DNA of 64,000 nt from NCBI GenBank assembly GCA_963422265.1, contig OY729416.1:1312001-1376000 (forward strand), read 5' to 3'. This DNA is from Thermodesulfobacteriota bacterium. GTDB lineage: Bacteria; Desulfobacterota_D; UBA1144; Nemesobacterales; UBA2774. A program made the position numbers and the translations under genes. Below, piece by piece: positions 1-11,784 of this stretch; within the stretch, counting starts at the first letter, position 1, and the number at the start of each line of letters is the position of its first letter. The notes under the pieces were generated by a model, which had not been told where the DNA came from, did no database searches, and was given only the letters and a program-made list of their open reading frames with translations.

Positions 1-1
1 G

Positions 2-1006
2 AAAATAGCTCCTGCCCTCATAGCAGGGTGCACAATAGTACTTAAACCCGCGGAACTTACGCCCTGTGGCATTATAGAAGTAGCAAGGTTTTGTACCGAA
101 GCGGGACTGCCCGATGGGGTGCTTAACGTTGTCCCCGGTAGGGGGGAAGTTGCGGGGGAGGCACTGGTCAAGCACCACAAAGTAGGAAAGGTCGCATTTA
201 CGGGATCTACAGAGGTTGGGAAAACGGTTATGAAAAATGCCTCGGATAGCATAAAAAGGGTCTCTCTTGAACTCGGAGGCAAAGCGCCCTGTATAGTATT
301 TGATGACGCGGATATTCCGAACGCCGTGGAAGCCACGCTCAGAGGGGGCTTTTTCAATCAAGGGCAGAATTGTACTGCGGTAACGCGCTTACTTCTACAC
401 GAAGACATATATGATAAGTTCCTGCCGCCATTTATAGACCGAGTGAAGAAAATCCGCATCGGAGACCCTAGAAAGGATGAAACTGAGCTTGGGGCTGTAA
501 TATCAAGGGAACACCTTGAAAACGTAGAGAACTATTTCCTAAAAGGCATAGATGAAGGGGCTAAAGTATTAAGTGGGGGAAACCGTCCTCAGGGGCTTGA
601 GAAAGGCTATTTTTTCGAGCCAACCGTATTAGCTGATGTCCAGCCCTCCCACGTGGTCGCGCGTGAAGAAATATTCGGACCTGTAGTTGCCATAATCCCG
701 TTTAAGACGGAAGATGAGGCTGTAACTATAGCGAATGATACAATCTATGGACTTGCAGGAGGTATATGGACTCAGGATATAAACAGGGCGCTAAGGATCG
801 CAAAACGTATAAAAGCAGGTTATCTCTGGATAAATACTTACGGCGGCATTATCCCTGAAATCCCTTACGGTGGTTTTAAACAAAGCGGGATAGGAAAAGA
901 ACTCGGAACCGATGGACTTGACGCCTACATTGAAACAAAGGCGGTAAATGTTTTTATAGGAGACAAAATTCCGGTTTGGTACCAGGGAAAAACCTCGAGC
1001 AAGTGA
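2..1006 (+). CDS. NAD(P)-dependent aldehyde dehydrogenase, 5'-truncated by window edge
   Basis: Frame open from nt 2 (KIAPALIAGCTIVLKPAELTP); FTGSTEVG, LELGGK, catalytic Cys in GQNCT, EEIFGPV, PYGGFKQSG. Confidence 0.95.
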   Translation, partial: KIAPALIAGCTIVLKPAELTPCGIIEVARFCTEAGLPDGVLNVVPGRGEVAGEALVKHHKVGKVAFTGSTEVGKTVMKNASDSIKRVSLELGGKAPCIVFDDADIPNAVEATLRGGFFNQGQNCTAVTRLLLHEDIYDKFLPPFIDRVKKIRIGDPRKDETELGAVISREHLENVENYFLKGIDEGAKVLSGGNRPQGLEKGYFFEPTVLADVQPSHVVAREEIFGPVVAIIPFKTEDEAVTIANDTIYGLAGGIWTQDINRALRIAKRIKAGYLWINTYGGIIPEIPYGGFKQSGIGKELGTDGLDAYIETKAVNVFIGDKIPVWYQGKTSSK

Positions 1007-1049
1007 GGGGACTGTAACTGCCTATAGAACCATCCTGCTCACCGGATAT

Positions 1050-2534
1050 CTAAGGTAAATCTGTCGTTCCCATCAGATAGCGGTCGCACTCGCGCGCAGC
1101 CTCTCGTCCTTCATTAATAGCCCACACTATTAGGCTTTGTCCTCGTCTTGCGTCGCCGGCGGCGAACACGCCTTCGACGTTAGTCATATATCGCCCATAC
1201 TCAGCTCTGGCATTCGAGTGCTCATCGCACTTAATACCAAGCTGGTTCAAAACAGCGTCTTCGGGCCCAAGAAACCCCAAGGCTAGAAGTACTAAGTCCG
1301 CATGCCATGCCTTTTCGGTACCCGGCACATCCCTAAACGACTGGCTGCCGTTACTATTAGCTTCCCACCTTATCTCAATCGTATGGAGTTCTCTTAAACT
1401 TCCGCTCTTATCACCAACGAACTTAGTCGTAAGAACCTGATATTTCCTGGGATCTTCGCCAAAAACAGCCATAGCTTCCTCTTGTCCATAACCCAAAGTG
1501 TATATTTTAGGCCACTGTGGCCAAGGGTTATCATGGGCGCGTTCAAGGGGGGGAATGGTTAATATCTCAAATTGTAACAAGCTCTTGCACCCGTGACGCA
1601 TTGCCGTCGCAACGCAGTCGGTTCCAGTGTCCCCCCCACCCAAGACAATCACGTTCTTATCCTTTGCAGATATATAATTGCCGTCTTTAAGACCACTATT
1701 CAATAGGCTTTTAGTATTTGCTGTCAAGAATTCCATCGCAAAATGGATACCGCTTAACTCACGACCCTCTATTTGGAGATCACGAGGCTTAGTCGCCCCG
1801 GTGCAAATAACAACCGCATCAAAATTCTTCACTAAATCCTGAGAGGGGTAGTCTTTCCCTATTTCGGTCCCGGTTACAAACTCAACCCCCTCTTCAGCTA
1901 AGATATTTACACGGCGATTAACTATAGATTTATCAAGATGAGGATTTGGAATACCATACATTAGAAGCCCACCAACCCTGTCCTCCCTCTCAAAAACCGT
2001 CACAAGATGACCCGCTTTATTTAACTGAGCTGCACAGGCGAGGCCAGCAGGTCCCGAACCTACTACTGCCACCTTTTTACCAGTCCTAGAGTCAGGCGGC
2101 TCAGGAACGACCCACCCTTCTTCAAACCCTTTATCCACTATCGCACATTCAATGCCCTTAATCGTAACGGACGGCTCGCTTATCCCTAGCACGCATGATC
2201 CCTCGCACGGAGCTGGACACACCCTGCCAGTAAATTCAGGGAAATTATTAGTTTTATGCAGCCGCTCAAGCGCCTCTTTCCACAAACCCCTGTAAACCAG
2301 ATCGTTCCACTCCGGAATAAGATTATTTATCGGGCAACCTGAAGTTAAACCACCTATAATAGCGCCAGTCTGACAAAACGGCACTCCACAGTCCATACAT
2401 CTTGAGCCTTGAACCCTTAGTTTAGATTCAGAGAGGTGTTCATGAAATTCCTTCCAATCCTTAACGCGTTCAGATGGAGAACGGTCAGGTTCAAGCTCCC
2501 TGCCATGTTCCATAAACCCTGTAGGATCACCCAT
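1050..2534 (-). CDS. gltD: Glutamate synthase small (NAD(P)H) subunit
   Basis: [10 protein letters not shown] and [12 protein letters not shown] Fe-S motifs, GSGPAG and GGGDTG dinucleotide motifs; downstream of gltB. Confidence 0.97.
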   Translation of the reverse strand: MGDPTGFMEHGRELEPDRSPSERVKDWKEFHEHLSESKLRVQGSRCMDCGVPFCQTGAIIGGLTSGCPINNLIPEWNDLVYRGLWKEALERLHKTNNFPEFTGRVCPAPCEGSCVLGISEPSVTIKGIECAIVDKGFEEGWVVPEPPDSRTGKKVAVVGSGPAGLACAAQLNKAGHLVTVFEREDRVGGLLMYGIPNPHLDKSIVNRRVNILAEEGVEFVTGTEIGKDYPSQDLVKNFDAVVICTGATKPRDLQIEGRELSGIHFAMEFLTANTKSLLNSGLKDGNYISAKDKNVIVLGGGDTGTDCVATAMRHGCKSLLQFEILTIPPLERAHDNPWPQWPKIYTLGYGQEEAMAVFGEDPRKYQVLTTKFVGDKSGSLRELHTIEIRWEANSNGSQSFRDVPGTEKAWHADLVLLALGFLGPEDAVLNQLGIKCDEHSNARAEYGRYMTNVEGVFAAGDARRGQSLIVWAINEGREAARECDRYLMGTTDLP

Positions 2535-2611
2535 AAATTCCTCCAGTTATTTCCGCGCCTGCTAAGTGTTACTTGTGAGTAGAGAGTGCAAGGCTAGTAA
2601 CTACAGCACCG

Positions 2612-5600
2612 CTAATTACCGCTGACTCTTGCCAGATCTCTCTTATTTTCTTCAAACGCTGCCATAAGAGCCTCATCTCCACTAAGCCCCGCGTCCTTCA
2701 CCCTATTTATAGCTGCAAGCATTCGTTTGTAGTCCTTAGGAATTACTTTAAGAAACTTCCCATTGAAACTACCCCATTGAGAAAGAATTCCTTTTCCCCT
2801 CTCGCTCTGTGTGCACTCAACGTGCCGCTTTATCATATTCTTAATTTCATCAAAGTCTTCTTCCTCAAGACCTTCCAATTCTACCATAGACTGATTGCAG
2901 AGAATTGAGAAACTGCCTTCTTCGTCAAGGATGTAAGCTATACCACCCGACATGCCCGCGGCGAAGTTCCTTCCCGTAGGACCAAGCACTACAACGCGTC
3001 CCCCCGTCATATATTCACAACCGTGATCCCCAACACCCTCCACTACGGCGTGAACCCCGCTATTTCTTACGCAGAAACGCTCGCCCGCCACGCCACTAAT
3101 GTATGCCTCTCCACCCGTTGCGCCGTAAAATGCAACGTTTCCAACTATAACGTTTTCCTCTGCGGCAAAGGTAGAACCTTTAGGTGGATAGACGATTATT
3201 TTGCCCCCCGAAAGCCCCTTGCCAATATAATCGTTTGAGTCCCCCTCTAATATCATGGTCATGCACTTTGGAATGAAAGCTCCGAAGCTCTGTCCGGCGG
3301 AGCCTTTGAAGTGTAATCGCACAGTATCTTCGGGGAGTCCATCAGAGCCATAACGCCTCGTAAACTCACTACCCAATATGGTCCCGACGGTCCTGTCAAC
3401 GTTATGAATTGGAACAATCGCCTCTACACGCTCTCCGCTCTCCAAAGCAGGCTTACATACCTCCAGTAAAACCGTGTTATCAATTACTCGATCAAGGCCA
3501 TGGTCCTGCTCAATCTGGCAATATCTACCCCAATCTTGCGGCACGTTTGGCTGGTGCAAAATATCAGATAAATCCACTCCACTCGCTTTCCAGTGATTAA
3601 CGGCTTTTCTCATCTCCAGCATATCAGACCTACCAATCATCTCGTCAACCGTCCTAAAACCGAGACGAGCCATAATTTCCCTTACCTCTTGGGCAACGAA
3701 TTGCATGAAATTTACAACATGCCCCGGATCCCCGGTGAATTTTTTACGGAGTTCAGGGTTTTGAGTAGCAACTCCTACTGGGCACGTGTCAAGGTGGCAA
3801 ACGCGCATCATTATACATCCTAAAACAATTAAGGGGGCAGTCGAGAAACCGTATTCTTCCGCCCCGAGAAGAGCAGCAATTATCACATCCCTACCCGTTT
3901 TCATCTGACCGTCAGTCTCAAGCACAACCCTGCTGCGCAAGTTGTTAACTAATAGCGTCTGATGGGTCTCGGCTAGTCCTAATTCCCACGGAAGACCGGT
4001 GTGTTGTATGCTACTCTGAGGAGACGCTCCCGTGCCACCGTCATATCCGCTTATAAGTATTACATCTGCGTGACCCTTTGCTACTCCAGCAGCTATAGTA
4101 CCTACGCCAACCTCAGATACCAGCTTAACGTTTATCCTCGCGTTACAATTTGCATTTTTAAGATCATATATTAGCTCAGCCAGATCCTCTATTGAGTATA
4201 TATCATGGTGAGGGGGCGGAGATATTAAGCCAACGCCAGGCGTGGAGAGCCTAACCTTCGCAATCCACGGATACACTTTCTTGCCGGGTAGCTGCCCACC
4301 TTCACCGGGCTTTGCACCCTGAGCGATTTTAATCTGTATCTCTTCGGAATTAACTAGATATTCACTCGTTACGCCAAACCTTCCCGAAGCAACCTGCTTT
4401 ATTGAACTTCTCCTTATATCTCCATTTGCATCAGGGATATTGCGTGCAGTGTCTTCTCCACCCTCTCCAGTATTACTCTTTCCACCTATCCTGTTCATAG
4501 CTATGGCTAGGCTTTCATGAGCTTCTTGACTAATTGCCCCATAGGACATCGCCCCTGTCTTAAAACGCCTACAAATCGATTCTACGGACTCTACCTCGTC
4601 CATAGGTATTGAGTCAGCGGTATCATCGGTCTTAATATCAAGAAGTCCTCTAAGCGTGCATAGCTCCCTTGATTCATCATTGGCAAGCGCAGCAAATTCC
4701 TTGAACAACTTATAACTGTTAGCACGACACGCGTTCTGAAGCATGTGCACAGACCTAGGGTTAAAAGCATGGTGCTCCCCACCGGGGCGCCACTGATAAA
4801 CTCCCCCTTCATCAAGTGTCCCTGGAACTACTTCCCGCTTAGGATAAGCAGATTCATGTCTTAGACGCGCCTCTTCAGTAATCACTTCTATGCCAACTCC
4901 CTTAATCCTCGTCGGCGTCCAAGTAAAGTGTTTATCAACAAACTCACTGTTAAGTCCTATGGACTCAAATATCTGAGCACCATGGTAGCTCTGAACCGCG
5001 GAAATTCCTATTTTAGACATTATTTTAACTATACCTTTTACAATACCCTTATTGTAGTTCTCTATTGCTTTCTCCTTATCAATTCCCGTGAGCATACTCT
5101 CGTTAACCATGTCCTCCAACGTCTCATAAACTAGATAAGGATTTACGGCGCTTATCCCATATCCTACTAGAAGGGAAAAGTGATGGGTCTCCCTAGGCTC
5201 ACCTGACTCTAGCAGGAGGCCAACCTTCATTCTATTTCCGTTTCTTATTAGGTGGTGGTGTAAGCCCGAAGACGCTAAAAGCGCAGGAATTGGAGCTTTA
5301 TCCTTATCAAAACCCCTATCGGATAAAATCAGCAAATTAGCTCCACTTGAAACTGCTTTGTCAGCTTGATCAAACAAGCGATCCAGAGCCCGTTCAAGCC
5401 CCTCGCTCCCCTTTGAAACTTCATATAATATCGGCAGCGTCACGGACTTAAAATTATCGTTATCTATAGCCTTGAGCTTGTTAAGACTATCGTTAGTTAG
5501 AACTGGGGAAGCCAACCTGATCCTCATGCAGTTCTCGGGTTTTGGGTCAAGTATGTTGCGCTCGGGACCTAGCATAACGCCCGTTGCGGTAATAAGCTCT

Positions 5601-7246
5601 TCACGTATGGCATCAATAGCAGGGTTGGTAACTTGCGCGAATAGTTGCTTGAAGTATTCATATAAAAGCCTTGGCCTTTGGGAAAGAACGGCAATCGGTG
5701 TATCTTTGCCCATAGACCCTACGGGCTCGACCACGTTATTAACCATAGGTGCTATAATTACCCTTAAATCCTCAAACGTATAGCCAAAAACCCTTTGTCT
5801 TTGAAGCACCCTGTCATGGTTGTAATTTAGCTCATCCCGATCTTGGGTTGGAATGCCTTCGGAGCTAGCTTCGGGCATAGGCAAGTTAGTAATGTCAACT
5901 ATGTTGTTATTAAGCCATTCCCTGTAAGGATTTTCACCCACAAGCCTGCTCTTAATCTCTTCATCTTCTACTATACGCCCTTCACTCGTATCAACTAGAA
6001 ACATCCTGCCGGGCTGAAGCCTTCCCTTATGGGCTATCATGCTGGCTGGAACCTCAAGTACCCCAACCTCAGAACCCATAATTACCATATCATCCTTAGT
6101 AACGTAGTAGCGCGATGGGCGGAGACCGTTTCTATCCAGCACAGCCCCTACCTTAGCGCCATCAGTAAATGCTATTGAAGCTGGTCCATCCCAAGGCTCC
6201 ATAAGACAACTGTGGTATTCATAAAAGGCTTTCTTTTGATCGCTCATCGTTTCGTGGTTAGACCAAGGCTCAGGTATCATCATCATAACAGCATGTTCTA
6301 TAGGACGCCCCGCAAGCGTTAGAAACTCAACGCAGTTGTCAAAATTAGCCGAGTCGCTCCCTTCGGGTGCTATTATAGGAAAAGCTTTTTTAATACCCTC
6401 TCCGAATAAATCCGAGGAAAAAACAGCTTGGCGAGCGTGCATCCAGTTGATATTACCCCTCAGCGTATTTATTTCACCGTTATGAACAACGTAGCGATAG
6501 GGGTGAGAACGATCCCAGCTAGGAAAGGTGTTTGTGCTAAATCGAGAATGCACAAGGGCAATGGCGGATTCAATCGTTTCATCACTCAAATCCGGATAGT
6601 AACCCTCAAGCTGCCAGGTAGTGAGCATTCCTTTATATACAACAGTCTGGTGGGAAAGACTAAGCGCATAGAAATACTCCCCACCACTTATACCGGAAAG
6701 CCTAATTTCATTAAGCGCCCTCTTTCGTATTATGAAAAGCTTGCGCTCAAAAGACATATTATCCACAAGCTCACGGGCGCGACGAATAAAAACCTGCATT
6801 GTATAGGGCTCATATTCCCTCGCCGTATCTCCGAGAGAGGAGTTGTCAGTAGGAACTTCGCGCCAGCCTAAAACGGATTGTCCCTCCTCCTCTACTATTT
6901 TTTCGAAAATCTCAATACATTCCCTTCTTTCAGATGGGTCAGGAGGGAAAAAGAATATCCCTACGCCGTATTCATCAAAAGAAGGCAAAGGTATATCCAG
7001 TTCGGAACAAGCTTTTTCTAAGAAAGCGTGCGGTTTTTGAATGAGAATGCCGGCTCCATCCCCCGTGTTAGCCTCACAGCCACAAGCCCCCCTGTGCTCC
7101 AAGTTGAGTAGCACCGTCAGAGCGTTGCGCACTATTTGATTAGATTTTTTACCCTTTATATTTACTACAAATCCGATTCCGCACGAGTCATGTTCAAAAT
7201 TAGGGTCATAAAGTCCCTGCTTAGGTGGAAATCCAAGTGGCTTCAT
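2612..7246 (-). CDS. gltB: Glutamate synthase large subunit
   Basis: EHDSCGIGF Ntn-amidotransferase start, [31 protein letters not shown]-terminal GXGXG repeats; 1544 aa. Confidence 0.98.
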   Translation of the reverse strand: MKPLGFPPKQGLYDPNFEHDSCGIGFVVNIKGKKSNQIVRNALTVLLNLEHRGACGCEANTGDGAGILIQKPHAFLEKACSELDIPLPSFDEYGVGIFFFPPDPSERRECIEIFEKIVEEEGQSVLGWREVPTDNSSLGDTAREYEPYTMQVFIRRARELVDNMSFERKLFIIRKRALNEIRLSGISGGEYFYALSLSHQTVVYKGMLTTWQLEGYYPDLSDETIESAIALVHSRFSTNTFPSWDRSHPYRYVVHNGEINTLRGNINWMHARQAVFSSDLFGEGIKKAFPIIAPEGSDSANFDNCVEFLTLAGRPIEHAVMMMIPEPWSNHETMSDQKKAFYEYHSCLMEPWDGPASIAFTDGAKVGAVLDRNGLRPSRYYVTKDDMVIMGSEVGVLEVPASMIAHKGRLQPGRMFLVDTSEGRIVEDEEIKSRLVGENPYREWLNNNIVDITNLPMPEASSEGIPTQDRDELNYNHDRVLQRQRVFGYTFEDLRVIIAPMVNNVVEPVGSMGKDTPIAVLSQRPRLLYEYFKQLFAQVTNPAIDAIREELITATGVMLGPERNILDPKPENCMRIRLASPVLTNDSLNKLKAIDNDNFKSVTLPILYEVSKGSEGLERALDRLFDQADKAVSSGANLLILSDRGFDKDKAPIPALLASSGLHHHLIRNGNRMKVGLLLESGEPRETHHFSLLVGYGISAVNPYLVYETLEDMVNESMLTGIDKEKAIENYNKGIVKGIVKIMSKIGISAVQSYHGAQIFESIGLNSEFVDKHFTWTPTRIKGVGIEVITEEARLRHESAYPKREVVPGTLDEGGVYQWRPGGEHHAFNPRSVHMLQNACRANSYKLFKEFAALANDESRELCTLRGLLDIKTDDTADSIPMDEVESVESICRRFKTGAMSYGAISQEAHESLAIAMNRIGGKSNTGEGGEDTARNIPDANGDIRRSSIKQVASGRFGVTSEYLVNSEEIQIKIAQGAKPGEGGQLPGKKVYPWIAKVRLSTPGVGLISPPPHHDIYSIEDLAELIYDLKNANCNARINVKLVSEVGVGTIAAGVAKGHADVILISGYDGGTGASPQSSIQHTGLPWELGLAETHQTLLVNNLRSRVVLETDGQMKTGRDVIIAALLGAEEYGFSTAPLIVLGCIMMRVCHLDTCPVGVATQNPELRKKFTGDPGHVVNFMQFVAQEVREIMARLGFRTVDEMIGRSDMLEMRKAVNHWKASGVDLSDILHQPNVPQDWGRYCQIEQDHGLDRVIDNTVLLEVCKPALESGERVEAIVPIHNVDRTVGTILGSEFTRRYGSDGLPEDTVRLHFKGSAGQSFGAFIPKCMTMILEGDSNDYIGKGLSGGKIIVYPPKGSTFAAEENVIVGNVAFYGATGGEAYISGVAGERFCVRNSGVHAVVEGVGDHGCEYMTGGRVVVLGPTGRNFAAGMSGGIAYILDEEGSFSILCNQSMVELEGLEEEDFDEIKNMIKRHVECTQSERGKGILSQWGSFNGKFLKVIPKDYKRMLAAINRVKDAGLSGDEALMAAFEENKRDLARVSGN

Positions 7247-7344
7247 AAAAACACCGTCCCGACAGCTATAAATGCGATTATTATTTATATACGTTTAGTT
7301 TGATACAGGATTGACCCGCAATTACCGCTAAACAACTCAATAAC

Positions 7345-7372
7345 AGTCTAATTAAAATAGATGATAAGTCAA
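7345..7372 (-). promoter_or_regulatory. Putative sigma-70 promoter for gltBD
   Basis: Minus strand TTGACT-16 nt-TAGACT about 100 nt upstream of gltB start. Confidence 0.35.
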
Positions 7373-7569
7373 AACGGCGAACGTCTGAATCTATATTTAG
7401 TAAACGGAATTACACACTTTCTGTCCTCGCCAGTTCCTTGACAGACAAAAACCCATTTAGCATCTTGCCCAATAAAAAGCCAATGAGTAACCCTAATTTC
7501 ATAAGTGTTGAATTAGGACAAACACTTGTTCAATGCCAATCAAGCCTAGGATTCAGGGATCATTTGGTG

Positions 7570-10500
7570 TCATGTAGCTTCGTTAGCTCTTAAGATATCC
7601 AATGCGCGCTTACGGTGCAGATGCGGATGCGCGAATTGATTGCGGTAGCTGCGCAGGCAACCGTAGCAACTCGAACCACAACCACAGTTTCCCTGAACTC
7701 GCTCCTGTGCGTTGCGAAGCATTGCATTGAAAACGTTCTCCTGTTCCAGTTGCGCCACCAGCCCGGCGCCACCGGGAACATTATCGTAAAGCACAATCGC
7801 TGACTCGCCCGAATGTTTGTCGCCGGTAATCGTCACGTTGAAGTTCGTATCCGGCACGTCCAGCGTCTGTGCCGCGCCAAGCAGGACCGCGTAAGCGACG
7901 GAATACGTGTCCCACTTCTCATGCAATCCCGGAAATTGCAGGCGTACCACGTCCGTTTCCAGCTCATGCCCGAGCGAGAACCGGCCCAGCTCGCCGCCGC
8001 ATTCGGAACCCGAGGGTGATTTGTGTTTTGCGGTCCGCTCGGTCATGTGAGTGCCGCAGGAACGGCAGATATAGAACCCTTCCTTGTTTCTGCCCTCACA
8101 CAGGATGACCAGAGTTCCGGGCAGGGCCTTGGTCACTTGTACGCCCAGCATAGTCCTGGTTTCGGGCTGGACGTCCTTTTTGAATCCTTGAAAGAAAGGC
8201 TGCGTCGTATACAGTCGTCGTGCCCGCCTCTGCGGTTTCTTGGGCTGCGCGAACAGCGGCGTTACGAAACCGAACTTCGGGATAAGATATTTCCGCGCGC
8301 TTACGGACGGATTGTCTTCATTCCATTGCGTGAAGTTGTGTGCCTCGTCATATTGGTACTTCTGGACAAGCCATGCCTTACCTGTTACAGTTTTCACGCC
8401 GCAGGATTTCCACTCCAGCTTGTTGGCAACCACCTTGCCGCCGGGCGCATATTCGGCGATCGCTTGCGACAGGTCCCGCTGGAGGGAAACACCGGTCGGC
8501 TGACCATCTCGGGAGCGGATTTCGAGTTCAACGACATCCACCGGAAACCCGTATTTTGGAATAACGGCTTTACGAGAAAGAAAATTCAGGGTTGATTCTT
8601 CTTTAACGGTATGCATGCGCTCGCCGATACGGGCAATGTAGCGGTCTTTCCCTTGCTCGTAGTATTGCTTTCTGAGCACCTTCATGTCACTATAATCCGC
8701 GCACACTTCTGCTTCCACATCAGCGAATCGACTCTTCGACCCCGCGATCTTCTCGATCCAGGAATCGTCGGCAAGGCCAGTCCCTTCGTGCATGTCCTCC
8801 GGCACGATTTGGCGCAGCGAGTTTTTCAATTCGTCATTACGTTCGCAAAACGCCTTCAGGTCGGACGTCGCACAAGGATGCGACCAGCTTTCAACAAAGT
8901 GCTCTACTTTTTTAAAGCGCATTTCATTTTCCCTGAAGAATGCGGACAGGGCAGTGGCCACCATGTGCCGCAAAACAATTTTCTCGTTCGTCATCCGCAG
9001 GCGTGGCGGATGCACCGTGCCCTTGATCACCCGCTTGACTGGATCTTCGTAGTGATACAGGTCATGTGGATTGCGGCGGCAATAGGTTAGTGCCAAACCG
9101 GGTGTCTCCCGTCGCCCGGCGCGTCCAACGCGCTGGGTGTAGTTGAATGGCTCCGGCGGCACGTTGCGCAGAAATACGACTTCCAAATCGCCGAGGTCAA
9201 CGCCGACCTCGAACGTGGTAGAAGAACTTAGTAGATGGGTGCTGCCGTTCCTGAACCTGTCCTGTCTTTTGCGTGCTTCGTCACTGTTGATCTGCGCGGT
9301 ATGCTCTTCCGCGCGCAGGCGTGGAGGCAAGTCGGCACTCTCGTAGAGGACTCGATAGTGGTTCTCCTTAAGGCGTGCCTGATTGGTGCGCGACAAGGTG
9401 CCAGGGCAACGATTCCGGGGACAAATTCCACGAATATTGTGGTTGCTCACAGTTGCGCAGGTATCACACTCCCAGATCTCGTTAGCCCCGGCGGGTTTGA
9501 TCCGCAGCCAGCGTGGATCGAGACGAAATGTCCCGTTCACCTTTCCGGGCGAAAGGATGGGGTCGTCGGCATGATTCCGTAACGCGCGCCACACATCCTC
9601 CATGAGCTTCGTTGATGCCGATAACTTCTGGTTATCGGCCAGGCCGCTGCCCACGAGCAGCCGGCGAAGGAAATGTCTCACGATCGCGGATTTGGGGCCG
9701 CCCCACTCGAACACGTTTTGCCGTCCTCCCTGAGATCCCAGGCCGCATGCCTGTTGTTTCCACGATGAAACATCGCTCCATTCCGGCGTTCCGGCGCCTT
9801 CCGGCAAACTCATGGCGCGGCGCGGGCGCAATTCGTCCAAGAGATATCCGATCAGGCGATGCGCCTCGTCATTCGTGAAATTCCATGGCGGCTGCCATAT
9901 GGCCTGTGGCAAGCGCAACTCGTCGGGAATCTTGACGAACCACCTGACCAGGCCAACTCCGCTCAAGGATAGCCTTCTTTCGTCTGTCAGCGCCTCGCGC
10001 AGGATCGCCGTCAGCACCTTTCGATCTTTGCCCTCGGAGGTATCGGACGCCTCGAACAGACCGGCCTGTTCCCATTGTCCGCGCAACCGGTTCCTGAGAT
10101 CATCAATGGACAGACCTTCGGGGCCGACCGGCCCCGCCTTGATCGCCCGCAGCATGAGATTGCGGTCGCGCAGCTTTTCGTAGGAGTCCTCGGCGTACCA
10201 GGCGAAGAAGGCGGCTTCCTGACGGCTGTCGGCAAACGCCAGTACCTTGCGTCTGTCTTCCGGCAGTAACTTGTGCAGGGCGGTGGCAATAACCGCGTTG
10301 GGTCCATCGGAGCCATGCACGATCTCTTGCACCGGGTCGCCGATGCCGCCGCGCTGATAGCCGCAGCTCTCGCATTCCTTCAGCTGATCGGCATGTTGTT
10401 GGTGAGACTCGCACTTCTTCACGCGAATTGCCGCTCTGCAATCGCATGCCGGCGTGGACGTTGAGAGCGTGCCGCAGCGCCGGCACAGCCACCTGTCCTC

Positions 10501-11784
10501 ATCCTCCACTGGAAAATAATAATCCACGCCGAATTCTTCCTGGCTGGGATCGCGGATGGCCTCTTTCAGCTTTCCGTCCCGTTCCTTGCCAACATAGTAG
10601 TGCTGGCCGCACTCGCGGCACAGGGCGATTTCCAACGGCTCCGCGTTCAACCCGTTTGTACTTTCCTCCTTACGGTTGAGCACGACAACGTCCTTGCCGT
10701 CTCTATGAATAAGGAATGCTCCTTCGAGTGCCCGCAAAAAGGCGTGGTAGCGGCGTGCAGACTCGTCCTTGGCAGGCGGCTGTAATTCGCCGAAGACGAT
10801 ACCGGGCGCCGAAAAGGGTTCTCCGAAGAGTTCTGCCGCAAACTTCGCCACCACTTGTTTGTCTTCCTCGCCTTCGCCAGAGGAAAGGGTGGCGCTGGTG
10901 GCAATGCAGCGGAATGGATCCTGCCGCCCGCCGTTGCGCAACCGCTGCCTGAGGCGTCGGATCAACATGCCCATCTCCATGCCCTTGGCGCCGCGGTACT
11001 GATGTGCCTCGTCAAGCACGATGAACTGCCAGTGCATGCCTCGGTCGCCGTCGAACAGCCGGCTGTCTTTGGGGCGGATCAGCAGATATTCCAGCATCGA
11101 ATAATTGGTCAGCAGAATGTGGGGCGGTGTATCTCGCATCTCGTCACGGAAGACCAGTTCTCCGTCTAGTCGTCCTTCTGCTTTCGCGTCGGCATTGCGC
11201 CGGCTGTCACTGGCATTCTCGGGCGTCTGGCCAATGTACTGTCCGAACTTCGGGCAGAATGCAGATGCTGACTCGCGCAACTCCTTGCAGATCTTGCCAA
11301 GGCGCTCGCGCTGATCGTTGGCGAGTGCGTTCATCGGATACAGGATCATTGCTCGCACGCCCGGTTCGTCAAGTTTGCCCGCAAGATGCTGACGATACAA
11401 CTCGAACAGGATCGGATAGAGAAAGCATTCGGTTTTACCGCTGGCGGTGCCGGTGGCCACGACGACGTTACGGTCGTCGATATGCGTAGCGCGGATGGCG
11501 CGCTCCTGATGCACGTACAACGGATGCTCGATCAGCGCCGGAAGAAGACCTTCGCCCTCATCCGGAAAGCATTCCCGCGTCAACTCCCGCGCTGTCAATC
11601 CCGTCTTGAATTCCCGTGCCTGTTCGAGATATGGGCCTTTCAGCAGACTCCCTTCTTCTTGCAAGGCGGTCTGGAAAGAGGCTCGCAGTTTCGGTTCCTT
11701 GAAGAAGAACGAAGTCTTCAGGTAGTTTTCGTAACGTTGGCGAATCTTTTCAGGCCAACGCTGTATATCGGTCGCGTCAGGCAT
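7570..11784 (-). CDS. Large SF2 DEAH-box helicase with Zn-finger insertions and C-terminal DUF1998 (DruE/MrfA-like)
   Basis: LYVHQ Q-motif, TGTASGKT, YPMNALANDQ, DEAH, SAT, TTFEVGVDLG, QRVGRAGR; C-terminal YDNVPGGAG...CGCGSSCYGCL; several CxxC pairs. Confidence 0.9.
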   Translation of the reverse strand: MPDATDIQRWPEKIRQRYENYLKTSFFFKEPKLRASFQTALQEEGSLLKGPYLEQAREFKTGLTARELTRECFPDEGEGLLPALIEHPLYVHQERAIRATHIDDRNVVVATGTASGKTECFLYPILFELYRQHLAGKLDEPGVRAMILYPMNALANDQRERLGKICKELRESASAFCPKFGQYIGQTPENASDSRRNADAKAEGRLDGELVFRDEMRDTPPHILLTNYSMLEYLLIRPKDSRLFDGDRGMHWQFIVLDEAHQYRGAKGMEMGMLIRRLRQRLRNGGRQDPFRCIATSATLSSGEGEEDKQVVAKFAAELFGEPFSAPGIVFGELQPPAKDESARRYHAFLRALEGAFLIHRDGKDVVVLNRKEESTNGLNAEPLEIALCRECGQHYYVGKERDGKLKEAIRDPSQEEFGVDYYFPVEDEDRWLCRRCGTLSTSTPACDCRAAIRVKKCESHQQHADQLKECESCGYQRGGIGDPVQEIVHGSDGPNAVIATALHKLLPEDRRKVLAFADSRQEAAFFAWYAEDSYEKLRDRNLMLRAIKAGPVGPEGLSIDDLRNRLRGQWEQAGLFEASDTSEGKDRKVLTAILREALTDERRLSLSGVGLVRWFVKIPDELRLPQAIWQPPWNFTNDEAHRLIGYLLDELRPRRAMSLPEGAGTPEWSDVSSWKQQACGLGSQGGRQNVFEWGGPKSAIVRHFLRRLLVGSGLADNQKLSASTKLMEDVWRALRNHADDPILSPGKVNGTFRLDPRWLRIKPAGANEIWECDTCATVSNHNIRGICPRNRCPGTLSRTNQARLKENHYRVLYESADLPPRLRAEEHTAQINSDEARKRQDRFRNGSTHLLSSSTTFEVGVDLGDLEVVFLRNVPPEPFNYTQRVGRAGRRETPGLALTYCRRNPHDLYHYEDPVKRVIKGTVHPPRLRMTNEKIVLRHMVATALSAFFRENEMRFKKVEHFVESWSHPCATSDLKAFCERNDELKNSLRQIVPEDMHEGTGLADDSWIEKIAGSKSRFADVEAEVCADYSDMKVLRKQYYEQGKDRYIARIGERMHTVKEESTLNFLSRKAVIPKYGFPVDVVELEIRSRDGQPTGVSLQRDLSQAIAEYAPGGKVVANKLEWKSCGVKTVTGKAWLVQKYQYDEAHNFTQWNEDNPSVSARKYLIPKFGFVTPLFAQPKKPQRRARRLYTTQPFFQGFKKDVQPETRTMLGVQVTKALPGTLVILCEGRNKEGFYICRSCGTHMTERTAKHKSPSGSECGGELGRFSLGHELETDVVRLQFPGLHEKWDTYSVAYAVLLGAAQTLDVPDTNFNVTITGDKHSGESAIVLYDNVPGGAGLVAQLEQENVFNAMLRNAQERVQGNCGCGSSCYGCLRSYRNQFAHPHLHRKRALDILRANEAT

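Noticed and set aside
7490-7530. Short overlapping inverted repeats at the helicase island edge
   Set aside because: Only 7-8 bp in AT-rich DNA, with no counterpart at the other end of the island
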